DNA from: Alphaproteobacteria bacterium
GTDB lineage: Bacteria; Pseudomonadota; Alphaproteobacteria; JAUXUR01
Direction: 5' to 3'
NCBI GenBank assembly: GCA_030680745.1
Contig: JAUXUR010000026.1
Coordinates: 1,899 to 65,898 of the forward strand
Length of the DNA: 64,000 nucleotides
The first letter of the stretch is position 1. Each line of letters begins with the position of its first letter. Position numbers and translations under genes: made by a program. The notes beneath the pieces were generated by a model. That model was not told where the DNA came from and searched no databases. It worked only from the letters and a program-made list of their open reading frames with translations. This document shows positions 10,087-19,063 of the stretch, in pieces.

Positions 10087-10300
10087 AATCTACGGGACAA
10101 AAAATGAAATTCCTTCGGTTTCACCTCTCCCCTTGTGGGAGAGGTCGGCGCGCAGCGACGGGTGAGGGGTATCTAAAGCGTTTGCAAAGAGCAATACTAT
10201 CATGCCATAATTTAAGCATTGCCAAACAAATACTCACCTCTCCAAAATTGTAAAATACCCCTCACCCGCTCCTTTTTGTCGCGACCTCTCCCACAAGGGG
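10087..10300 (+). repeat. Palindromic MITE-like element, copy 1, left part (interrupted at 10300/10301)
   Basis: By eye roughly 95% identical to the reverse complement of 28637-28851. It begins AATCTACGGGACAAAAAATGAAATT and contains hairpin ends CACCTCTCCCCTTGTGGGAGAGGTCG ... CGACCTCTCCCACAAGGGG. Confidence 0.8.
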
Positions 10301-10643
10301 CTAATCTGTGGACACATCTTTTGCAATAGTAAATTCTGATAAAAATAACACCACTAACCCCCATTTTCCTACTCCCCGCGGCTTGACCGCGGGGTCCATA
10401 AAATCATAAAAATTTAACACAAATCAACAATCCACCTTCTTTACAATGGATCCAGTAGTCAAGCCGCGGGTATATCATTACCCACAAGTGTTTCAACCTA
10501 TTGATATTTAATAACTATCGCTTACTCACCTTCTACGTCCGCGGCTTGTCCGCGAGATCCAGAAAGCAAATAAAGAAGATGTCATTGCCTATTTTATACA
10601 ATCTTAACTTTAGGAAAGATCGTCTGGATCCCGCGATCAAGTC

Positions 10644-11826
10644 GGCGTTGTTGCATAAATTGTTTATTTTTGATTTTTCAATCTTTAAGTGTGTTCAAAA
10701 TGTAGAAGAGAGCACTTTTAAAATATAATCTTAAATTTACAAGGTGTTACGAACACAATTTTTTCGGTATAAACTTCAATTTCAACAAGGAGTTTTACCT
10801 ATGCCTAAGAAAGCCTATCGTGTTCGTAACTGGAAAGAGTATAACAAAGGTTTGATTAATCGGGGAAGCCTAACTTTTTGGTTTTCTGATGAAATACAAA
10901 AAAATTGGCAAAAAAGTGAAAATAGCACTGCACACGGAAATCAAAAATATTCAGATGCTATTATTTTATGTAGTTTGACTTTAAGACAATTATTTAGACT
11001 TCCTTTAAGAGCGACACAAGGTTTAATGGCATCTTTGGCAGAATTAGCTAAACTAGATGTCAACATCCCTGATTATTCGACATTATCTAGACGAAGCAAA
11101 ATCATAAAAGTTAATTTTGATATAAAGAAAAGTTTAAAAGCACGCCATATTCTAATTGATTCTACAGGTATTCGAGTTATTGGCGAAAGGGAATGGAAGA
11201 AATTACATCATGGAGAAAGTAGATATCAGCTTTGGCGAAAATTGCATATTGCAATGGATGCTGACACAAATGAAATACTTGCAGCTACTATGACAGAAAG
11301 TGTACGTCTTGATGGAAATTACTTACCTGGATTAATTGATAAAATTGACGGTCCAATTGATCAAATCACAGGAGATGGTGCTTATGACAAAAAAAATTGT
11401 TATCAGGCTGCTTATAAACGAGGTGCAAAAGCAGTTTTTCCTCCACAGCATGATGCCTGTGTGCAAAGAAACAAAATTAAAAAAGATCAAGCCTTAATGG
11501 CACGTGACGCAACAATCTTGTTTATAAACAATGGGGAGGACATGAAGACAAGACGAAAATTATGGAAAATAGAAAATAATTATCATCGTCGTTCTTTAGT
11601 TGAAACAATGATGTCACGTATGAAGTCCATATTTGGAGACGAAATGCGATCACGAACTACTGAAAATCAACATACTGACTTAATGATTCGTTGCAATATT
11701 ATTAATAAAATGAACCTACTAGGAATGCCAAAAAGTGAACGAATAGATTAAACTATCTAATCCTTGTTGAGAGTGACCCTCTTAATACTCCATATACCCA
11801 TAACTTAGGATTTATGCAACAACGCC
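10644..11826 (+). mobile_element. IS5-family, IS903-group insertion sequence (1183 bp), apparently intact
   Basis: 17-bp perfect terminal IRs GGCGTTGTTGCATAAAT. 9-bp direct repeat GATCAAGTC at 10635-10643 and 11827-11835. Single transposase ORF. Confidence 0.9.
10801..11751 (+). CDS. IS903-like DDE transposase
   Basis: MPKKAYRVRNWKEYNKGLINRGSLTFWF...YSDAIILCSLTLRQLFRLPLRATQG...DYSTLSRR...IDSTGI...GDGAYD...RRSLVET match the IS5/IS903 transposase layout. AAGGAG RBS precedes the ATG at 10801. Confidence 0.9.
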   Translation: MPKKAYRVRNWKEYNKGLINRGSLTFWFSDEIQKNWQKSENSTAHGNQKYSDAIILCSLTLRQLFRLPLRATQGLMASLAELAKLDVNIPDYSTLSRRSKIIKVNFDIKKSLKARHILIDSTGIRVIGEREWKKLHHGESRYQLWRKLHIAMDADTNEILAATMTESVRLDGNYLPGLIDKIDGPIDQITGDGAYDKKNCYQAAYKRGAKAVFPPQHDACVQRNKIKKDQALMARDATILFINNGEDMKTRRKLWKIENNYHRRSLVETMMSRMKSIFGDEMRSRTTENQHTDLMIRCNIINKMNLLGMPKSERID

Positions 11827-11952
11827 GATCAAGTCGCGGGACGTAGGAAAGGGGTGGGGTTTATACTTATGGGTAATGATATAGCCGCGGGAAGTGAAGG
11901 AGTGCGATTTTTATCAGAATTTACTATTGCAAAAGATGTGTCTACAGATTAG

Positions 11953-11987
11953 CCCACAAGGGGAGAGGTGAAAAAAACCTTCTTTTG
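11953..11987 (+). repeat. Palindromic MITE-like element, copy 1, right end (resumes after the insertion)
   Basis: CCCACAAGGGGAGAGGTGAAAAAAACCTTCTTTTG matches the reverse complement of 28612-28647. Confidence 0.75.
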
Positions 11988-12283
11988 AAGATAATATAAA
12001 AATATTTGTACATTTTTTAATAATTTGATACAGTTATTTTTGAATAAAATTTTAATAACAAGTAAATAGCTAATAAATAAAAAGAAGTATATTGTTTTCT
12101 TATTCACAAATATTTAAATAATTTTTTATTTAGTATTTTGTGTTATAAATTAATGCAGTCAAATTATTGCAATAAAAACATGCAATTCTTGCAAATAATA
12201 TATGAAATTATGGGCTTGTTTCGTGTAGTTTTTAAAAATTTAAGCGAATAATGATTTTTAAATTTAATAATGGATAAATATAA

Positions 12284-14974
12284 ATGTATATTAAAAAAAT
12301 AGCACTTTTTATAATAATGGTTACAGGAATAATTTGTAATAATGCGTGTTCGGTATTAAATCCAGAGCTTTATAAGAAAAAATATTCTTTTTCGGAACCA
12401 GTTTTGGATGAAACAAAAGCGCTTAATTATATAATTGGCAAAGGTGAAAACCCAGAAGTAGTGTTTAAACTTATGTGGGAAGAAGCTATTCAGAAAAATG
12501 AAAACATTCAATTAAAGTTATTACTTTTATTTTCTGATGCTCGTTTTTATAATAAAGCAAAACAAAGAATGCCAAATTTACTAAATGATAATAGTGAATA
12601 TTCTTTAAATTCTCTTATTGAAATGGGTGTTAATCAAAAAAAATCTTGGGCTTTTTATGAAAAAGCAATGATTGAAACCAATAATAAAGAAAAATTTATT
12701 CTCTTAAATCAAGCAAATAATTATATATTCCCACAATTATCAGATTCATTGCTTTATCAAAATATAGAAAATGAACGTAAAAAACTAATAGAAAATATAT
12801 TAACGAACGTTATAGGTATTGAACATACAGAAAAAAGTAAAATAAAAATAAATAGATTTATTAACCAAATAATTGAATATAAATATGGTAGTTTTTTATT
12901 TTTTATATATACAGATTTAAAAAATAAAAACATAAAAAACCCAGATTACTCTTTTGCATGTTTAAAAGCTGCAAGCGAATTAGATTATGTAACAGCATGT
13001 GTTGAGCGTGGTAATATTTTTCATCTTCAAAACAATATGGAAGCAGCTTATGAGTGCTTCCTTAAAGCCGCCAAAATGGGTGAGATTGGTTCAATGTATA
13101 ATGTTGGTGTAATATTAGCCGCCAAAGAAGCAATATTAGATAAGCAAAAAGGATTGAAGTGGTTATTAAAAGCGGCTGATGGAGGTGAAATTGATGCCAT
13201 GTATTACGCCGCTATCACATTAAAAGAACTTTCTAAAAAACAATCTAATATTCAATTGGATGTTCAAAAAACAATCAATCTTTTATGTGAAGCCTCAAAA
13301 AAGAACCATATTGATGCAATGGTTAAATTAGGAAAAATGCTCAATAAAGAAATTATCGGCAAAGAATTTAATCCAACAGAAGCTGCTGAATGGTTATTAA
13401 AAGCTGTTCAACAAAAAAACCCAAAAGCCATGTATCATTATGGACTTTTGTTAAAAAAAGGATTTATAGGTCAAGAACCAAATATAAAAGAAGGTAATCT
13501 TTGGATTAAAAGGTCAGCGACTCTTAATTATGAGCCTGCTATAAATTATATGGGTGGATTGTTAATGGGATGGGTGAAAAATGAAGAACAAAAACCTAAT
13601 CAACAAGAAGCATATAACTGGTTTTTAAAAGCGGCTGAAACAGACAATCTTGCGGCTTTCAATGCTGCGAACATGATAGGATTTGGTTTTAGAAATATAA
13701 AACCTAATCGCAAAAAAGCAATTCAAATTTTATTAAAGACGGCAAAAAATAAACAAATTGACTCAATGATACTTCTTTCGCGTTTTTATTTACGTGAAGC
13801 ATTAGCGGAAAATAATATGACATCTTATAAAAACGCTGCTTTATGGTTAAAACAAGCTGAAGAATATGGATGTTTTGATGATTTGCTTGGCCCTACATCA
13901 ACAAAATTACATCTAAAAACAAAAATTAGATTTAGATTTTGCTTAACAAATAAAGATAAAATTAGAGAAATTTACAATCTTGCTTGTTTTTATTATGATG
14001 CGCTCATAGGTGACAATCAAAACAAAAAAGAAGCTTTCAGATTATTTTTGTGCGCAGCAAAAAACGATTATGTTGACGCCATGTATTGTGTTGGTGATAT
14101 GCTTTTAGATGGTTTTGAAGGCCAAGAATCCGATCCCAAAGAAGCAGTCCATTGGTTTTGTCTCGCGGCAGAAAATGATCATGCGCCCTCTATGGTAAAA
14201 TTGGCAAAACTTTTTATCTGCACACCTGAATTCTCTAAAAGCGAGCAAACTCTTCAAGAGGCCCTTTTTTGGCTTCGAAAAGCAGAAGCGTTGAATGAGA
14301 CTGAAGCACGTGATTATCTTGAAATGTGCGAAACATTATTAAATAAACAATCAAAAATAAAAATTGATGATGATTCTTTAATAAAACTTGTTGAAAACTC
14401 TAATAAATTACAACCAATTTTAGTAGATTTAGGTGAGTTAAAACATTCAAATGAAGAAGATGACAGTGATACACTTGAAAATGATGTGGACGAAATAAAT
14501 GTTGTCTTCCCTGAAGAAGGTAATAATTTTACTACTCTATCTTCATTGTCTGAAGTAGCCGAATGTGCCATTAATCCACAGTATAAAAATCCAAAATCTA
14601 TAAGAAATCATTTTCGTGAAATTGGATTGTTAAAAAAACAGCAACAAAATCAAGAAAAAACTGTACTTATAACATTGTCAGCAGGGAATCAATTCATTGT
14701 TAATATGTTGTGTGACAATACTATAAAAAACAAAAATATTGATTATAATCAATTAGTTAATTTGTTTAATGATCCTTATTTTGAAAATCAAGTACGTATC
14801 ATTAGATCCAAATCTGGATGTGTTATAAGTGCTAAAAACTATAAAACACTTCATCATGAGGCAACAAGTACGCATAAAAAACATGGTCAAAGTTACGATG
14901 GATTGAATAGAGAATTTACAAAACAACTTATTTCAATTCTTGGAATGTTTGGTTTGGGAACGGAGGGTAAATAA
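12284..14974 (+). CDS. Large Sel1-repeat (SLR) protein with N-terminal signal or lipoprotein-like sequence and a non-repeat C-terminal module
   Basis: Multiple Sel1-type units (e.g. GEIGSMYNVGVIL, GEIDAMYYAAITL, NPKAMYHYGLLLKKGF, YVDAMYCVGDMLLDGFEGQESDPKEAVHWFCLAAENDHAPSMVKLAKLF). Hydrophobic N-terminus IALFIIMVTGIICNNAC. Confidence 0.8.
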   Translation: MYIKKIALFIIMVTGIICNNACSVLNPELYKKKYSFSEPVLDETKALNYIIGKGENPEVVFKLMWEEAIQKNENIQLKLLLLFSDARFYNKAKQRMPNLLNDNSEYSLNSLIEMGVNQKKSWAFYEKAMIETNNKEKFILLNQANNYIFPQLSDSLLYQNIENERKKLIENILTNVIGIEHTEKSKIKINRFINQIIEYKYGSFLFFIYTDLKNKNIKNPDYSFACLKAASELDYVTACVERGNIFHLQNNMEAAYECFLKAAKMGEIGSMYNVGVILAAKEAILDKQKGLKWLLKAADGGEIDAMYYAAITLKELSKKQSNIQLDVQKTINLLCEASKKNHIDAMVKLGKMLNKEIIGKEFNPTEAAEWLLKAVQQKNPKAMYHYGLLLKKGFIGQEPNIKEGNLWIKRSATLNYEPAINYMGGLLMGWVKNEEQKPNQQEAYNWFLKAAETDNLAAFNAANMIGFGFRNIKPNRKKAIQILLKTAKNKQIDSMILLSRFYLREALAENNMTSYKNAALWLKQAEEYGCFDDLLGPTSTKLHLKTKIRFRFCLTNKDKIREIYNLACFYYDALIGDNQNKKEAFRLFLCAAKNDYVDAMYCVGDMLLDGFEGQESDPKEAVHWFCLAAENDHAPSMVKLAKLFICTPEFSKSEQTLQEALFWLRKAEALNETEARDYLEMCETLLNKQSKIKIDDDSLIKLVENSNKLQPILVDLGELKHSNEEDDSDTLENDVDEINVVFPEEGNNFTTLSSLSEVAECAINPQYKNPKSIRNHFREIGLLKKQQQNQEKTVLITLSAGNQFIVNMLCDNTIKNKNIDYNQLVNLFNDPYFENQVRIIRSKSGCVISAKNYKTLHHEATSTHKKHGQSYDGLNREFTKQLISILGMFGLGTEGK

Positions 14975-15157
14975 GTAGATTTAGAATGGTCAATTTCCAA
15001 GACTCTCCTCTCTATTGATAGAGAAGAGAGTCTTGATTCAGCTGTTTTTACTCTTTTTTTGTAATTTAACTGCTTGTATGGTTTTATTTGCAATACCTTT
15101 TTGTGTCTTGTTTTTCAATATACATTTTGAGGTGTTGCACTTCATTTTAGTGGTTTG

Positions 15158-16612
15158 TTAAAATGTGTGGTTCTGTAAAATGTAACGTTCTCCTGTGGAG
15201 GCAATGTTATTTATGGTAATATTCTCCCCGTTTAATTCAGGCTCAGCTTTGTACTGTGAATATGAGCCTTCTACATCAAAGGTCTCTTTTTCTTCTTCAA
15301 GAAGTTCCTGAATAACAATATGTGAAAAATATTTATAAATAATATCTTTCATGATTCTAACACCAGGTTCATCGTTTTGATCGATTATTTGTTGAAGGGT
15401 TTCTTGATCAGGTTCAATATAAATTTTGTTTTCTTTGCACAATTCATCAAAATAATTATGAGCAATTGTTGTTTGTGTTTCTTTGGAAACCTCTCCAAAT
15501 TCAATAACACGCATTCTACTTCTTATGGCGTTATCTGTCGGTAATTCATTGCAAGCCAATATGACAATAGTCTTGGATATGTCAATATGAAGACCTGATA
15601 TGGAGGGGGCGTCTATATTGTTTTTTTGTTTTTCAAGAAACTGCAAAAGAAAATTGGTAAGTGTGTGTTTATTATTAATAGCGTTTAATCCTTTGTCAAA
15701 CTCATCTAAGAACAATATATTGTTTTTAAAATTATTTTCTTCATGTCCAAATAAATCTAGCAGAAGATCTTCTGAATTATTGACGTGATTTCCGTATTTA
15801 GATGGAAGAGCTGAAAGATCGCCTGAGGCATCAAAAATTGTCATCGAAACGCCTAACAATTCAGCGATTTTATTTGCCAAATAAGTTTTTCCAGTTCCTG
15901 GATCTCCATGAAAGCAAATGACTGTTTTTTGGCTATTGGGCAAAAGCGACGCTACGATTATTTCACGAATCATATCGCTTATTTGTTGCTTAACTTTGTC
16001 ATTAAAAGTTTCTAGAAAAACATCAAGTTTAGGTTTGAGCTCTTTCCACTCAAATATTTTAGCATCCTTTGCTAGCTTGTGAATATAGGAGCCCCTAAGA
16101 AGGGCAACGTCACTGCCATAAACAGACTTATTCTTTTCTGGAAGGTATTCAGAAAATTTTGTATAAGTGTTTTCACTGATTCTTCCTTCTGCGAACCACT
16201 GCTTCATGTCTTTTTTCATAGATAATACTTGAATCTCATCTTGCGAACAAAGTAGGTTAGGAAAAAATTCTGAAGCCATGTGGTTTCCAGCTTGTTTAAT
16301 CGGATCTACAAATAGCTGAGATGCAAGGTATTGCCCTCCCATCATACCAAATAAGTTATTGGCAGTATTCATGATTGAGAATGGGCGTTTTTCGTTTGAC
16401 AACATATAATTCAATGCGACATACCCTCCTACTAACGCGATTCCAGGCGCTAAAGGCTTGACTTTATCATAAATTTTTTCGGAAACCCATGGTTTAGACG
16501 AGTCGGTCTTATCTGATGTTTCCAGTCTGTTCTTGGTTGGATTTGCAAAAGCTGAAGTCATAAATAAAAGAGATATAGCTAAATTGGTTGCAAAAAACAT
16601 TTTCTTGTTCAT
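15158..16612 (-). CDS. Exported or membrane-anchored AAA+ ATPase with a Lon-like nucleotide-binding module
   Basis: Signal-like N-terminus MNKKMFFATNLAISLLFMTSAFA. Walker A HGDPGTGKT, Walker B ILFLDEFDK, and ILACNE...RSRMRVIEF resembling the Lon AAA+ module. Confidence 0.8.
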   Translation of the reverse strand: MNKKMFFATNLAISLLFMTSAFANPTKNRLETSDKTDSSKPWVSEKIYDKVKPLAPGIALVGGYVALNYMLSNEKRPFSIMNTANNLFGMMGGQYLASQLFVDPIKQAGNHMASEFFPNLLCSQDEIQVLSMKKDMKQWFAEGRISENTYTKFSEYLPEKNKSVYGSDVALLRGSYIHKLAKDAKIFEWKELKPKLDVFLETFNDKVKQQISDMIREIIVASLLPNSQKTVICFHGDPGTGKTYLANKIAELLGVSMTIFDASGDLSALPSKYGNHVNNSEDLLLDLFGHEENNFKNNILFLDEFDKGLNAINNKHTLTNFLLQFLEKQKNNIDAPSISGLHIDISKTIVILACNELPTDNAIRSRMRVIEFGEVSKETQTTIAHNYFDELCKENKIYIEPDQETLQQIIDQNDEPGVRIMKDIIYKYFSHIVIQELLEEEKETFDVEGSYSQYKAEPELNGENITINNIASTGERYILQNHTF

Positions 16613-16986
16613 AAAAAATCCTATTCATTGAATTCTAAATATTGGTTATTAATTATTGATTCTGCACTTTATTAAAACTTGACATAAAAGTCAACAAAAT
16701 AAAAAAAATTATAAATTCATTATAATAATTAAAACAAAATGCTGTTTATTTAATTGAAAAATATTTTAAATTTAAATTTTTTGTTCTGTAATAAATGTAA
16801 AATTAAAAAATTAAATTTATATTTAAATTAATTTCTGATATAAGCAAAAACATAGAGGTATGCTTTAATCAGCATTTAAGGCAAAAGAATAAGAAATCAA
16901 TCTGCTGGATAAAAATATAATTTTCTTTCGATGTTTACCTCAATCTATATGAGCAAGGAATGACGATGTATCAATTTGAAGTTATT

Positions 16987-17892
16987 TTACTGTATTTGGT
17001 TGTGATCAATCGGTAAAACAAATAATCCATTTAGTTGTAGGAACATTGGCATCGCTTGTGGATGTCCAAGTTCATGTGCTTTTGTAAAATTAATGCGTGA
17101 TGCATCTTTATCTTTGGGACCACCCTGACCATTAAATTGCATAAGCGCTAATGCAAAGGCTGCATTTCGGTGATTTCTTGCAGCAGCGCCACTAAGATAA
17201 AGACGCGCTTCAACTAAATTTGGTGCTTCTTCAATATGTTGTGGATTGAGATCACTATTGAAACGCATGATTGCATAATTATACATGGCGCCCGCATGAC
17301 CAAGATCAGCAGTTTTTTTGAAATATTTTAGGGCCTCTTCAGGATTTTGTAATCCATATTCAGAAGAATTACACATTGAAGCATAATTATACCAAGAGAC
17401 ATTAAAATCATCTGTATATTCGACTGATTTTTTGAAGTATTTGAATGCTTCTGGATAATCTTTTTTGCCACCATCACCATCAAGACACATGCAAGCGTAA
17501 TTATGTGTAGCCTTATAATGATCGTGATCTGCAGCTTTTTTATAATAATGCCGTGCCATTCTTAAATCTTGATCACCGCCTTCTGCATGATCACACATAT
17601 GCGCAAATTCATACATTGATTCAATATGACCAGTATCAGCCGCAATTAAAAAATAATCACGTGCAGCACAATGATCTTTATCATCGTTTAATCCTTGGTA
17701 AAGTATCGAAGCATATTGAAAGTAATCTTCTGGTTCAGCGCTCTTGTCGTTAATTTTTTGACTAAGGTCAGTAATTAATTCTTCATAATTAGAGTCTTCT
17801 GGTGGTGTCCACATCGCAATAGAAGCGTGCGGCATGGATAGGAATACATATAATAAAATTAAAATACTTGATTGTTTAATGTATGATAACAT
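16987..17892 (-). CDS. Secreted Sel1-repeat protein
   Basis: Signal peptide (SILILLYVFLSMPHASIA). Repeated units of the type A..YF..AA..GH..(S/A)MY..A.M. Confidence 0.85.
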   Translation of the reverse strand: MLSYIKQSSILILLYVFLSMPHASIAMWTPPEDSNYEELITDLSQKINDKSAEPEDYFQYASILYQGLNDDKDHCAARDYFLIAADTGHIESMYEFAHMCDHAEGGDQDLRMARHYYKKAADHDHYKATHNYACMCLDGDGGKKDYPEAFKYFKKSVEYTDDFNVSWYNYASMCNSSEYGLQNPEEALKYFKKTADLGHAGAMYNYAIMRFNSDLNPQHIEEAPNLVEARLYLSGAAARNHRNAAFALALMQFNGQGGPKDKDASRINFTKAHELGHPQAMPMFLQLNGLFVLPIDHNQIQ

Positions 17893-17993
17893 TTTTGCTC
17901 TTCATTTATAGGGTTGATTGATAAAATATAAAATACATTGCATGATCGGGTCACTTGGAATGTCCAGGCAACCCAATCAAAGTTCAAACAATA

Positions 17994-18704
17994 TTAGAAT
18001 TGTTTGTCAGTAAGTTGCGTCAATAAATTACGCAATAGATCGTATTTATCAGCAAGGGCTAAAGCTGTTGATGCTGAAAACTCAAATCTTGTATTGTCTT
18101 TTGCAACAATTGTAAGTTTTTTAGGTTCGTTTTGTTGCGCGCTTACAAGTTTGCTATAATCTTGGAGTTTTGCCATGAAATCGCGTAAATCGACCTCTTT
18201 AAATTCATCCATTTCGCGGTGCTTAAAACCTTTATGGAAGGAGCTGACCGCGTGATGTGATCCTTCTTTGAGCGTAGAAGCTGTTAGACGATCATCACGT
18301 ATAAAAAAGATAGCTTTCTGTGCTTTTGGTGAATAAAGCGTTGGAGCCTTCTCTAAAGTCCATTTATTAACACTTACATGGCCGCCTGTATCATGGCTTA
18401 ATTCACGTTTGGCAACATCTATTGGAGAGGTGCTTGCTGAGGTGCATTTACCACCAGGTAAATTCCAAGCAAAAGGGGCGTAGTTCTTTTTACCGATAAA
18501 AGTAGAAACAGAACCATCTGTGTTTAGTTTCACTAAAAAAATATCAGCTGTCTGAACTTTTAAATCTGCTGATTTAACAACGCCCATATCATGGAGTTGC
18601 GGAATGTTAGTGTCGCATAACATAGGATTTTTGCGGCATTCCGCTTGTTGTGTAAAAAGCATTGCTGCTAAGCATGCTAAAGAGAGTGATTTAATGGATG
18701 ACAT
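17994..18704 (-). CDS. Secreted Nudix-like protein with a degenerate Nudix box
   Basis: Signal peptide MSSIKSLSLACLAAMLFTQQAEC. WNLPGGKCTSASTSPIDVAKRELSHDTGG fits GX5EX7REUXEEXGU only partly (EE replaced by HD). GAGG RBS. Confidence 0.55.
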   Translation of the reverse strand: MSSIKSLSLACLAAMLFTQQAECRKNPMLCDTNIPQLHDMGVVKSADLKVQTADIFLVKLNTDGSVSTFIGKKNYAPFAWNLPGGKCTSASTSPIDVAKRELSHDTGGHVSVNKWTLEKAPTLYSPKAQKAIFFIRDDRLTASTLKEGSHHAVSSFHKGFKHREMDEFKEVDLRDFMAKLQDYSKLVSAQQNEPKKLTIVAKDNTRFEFSASTALALADKYDLLRNLLTQLTDKQF

Positions 18705-18815
18705 TTCCTGACCTCAAATAATTTATTATGTTATTTGATTTTACAAAATTTTTATTAAAAAACAAATCGATATTTTAACTATTTTTGAAAATTATGAAGA
18801 AAGGGGATTGAGAAT

Positions 18816-18892
18816 GGCGGGAGTGACGGGACTCGAACCCGCGACCTTCGGCGTGACAGGCCGACGCTCTAACCAACTGAGCTACACCCCCT
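18816..18892 (-). tRNA. tRNA-Asp (anticodon GTC)
   Basis: The reverse complement GGGGGTGTAGCTCAGTTGGTTAGAGCGTCGGCCTGTCACGCCGAAGGTCGCGGGTTCGAGTCCCGTCACTCCCGCCA folds as a full cloverleaf. Anticodon loop CTGTCAC; CCA is encoded. Confidence 0.95.
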
Positions 18893-18974
18893 TTTAGGGA
18901 CTATTTCTTTCGAAGCCACGCCTTTGATTTAAAGGGTTTTTAGATCTTTGTCAACACTATTTTGAATAATTATT

Positions 18975-19010
18975 AAAAAAAAAGAACAAAGGGGAGGGAT
19001 CCCCTTTGTT
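18975..19010 (-). terminator. Rho-independent terminator of the 114-aa gene
   Basis: Stem AACAAAGGGG/CCCCTTTGTT (18985-18994/19001-19010) followed on the minus strand by a T9 run (18975-18983). Confidence 0.6.
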
Positions 19011-19063
19011 TTCCAAGGCATTTGGTTTTAAGTCATTTGCCATTATTTTGGGTGATGCCCAAA

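Larger units (their letters stand above)
10301..11952. mobile_element. Composite non-autonomous element bounded by 46-bp terminal inverted repeats, carrying the IS
   Basis: 10301-10346 (CTAATCTGTGGACACATCTTTTGCAATAGTAAATTCTGATAAAAAT) is the reverse complement of 11907-11952 with 1 mismatch. It is flanked by direct CCCACAAGGGG at 10290-10300 and 11953-11963. Confidence 0.65.

Noticed and set aside
10501-10728. 75-aa ORF upstream of the transposase
   Set aside because: It runs through palindromic repeat units and across the IS left end. It has no RBS and is a repeat-derived artefact.
10744-10800. N-terminal extension of the transposase ORF from a GTG start
   Set aside because: The ATG at 10801 is preceded by AAGGAG, and the conserved IS903-type N-terminus (MPKK.YRV.NW..YN) starts there.
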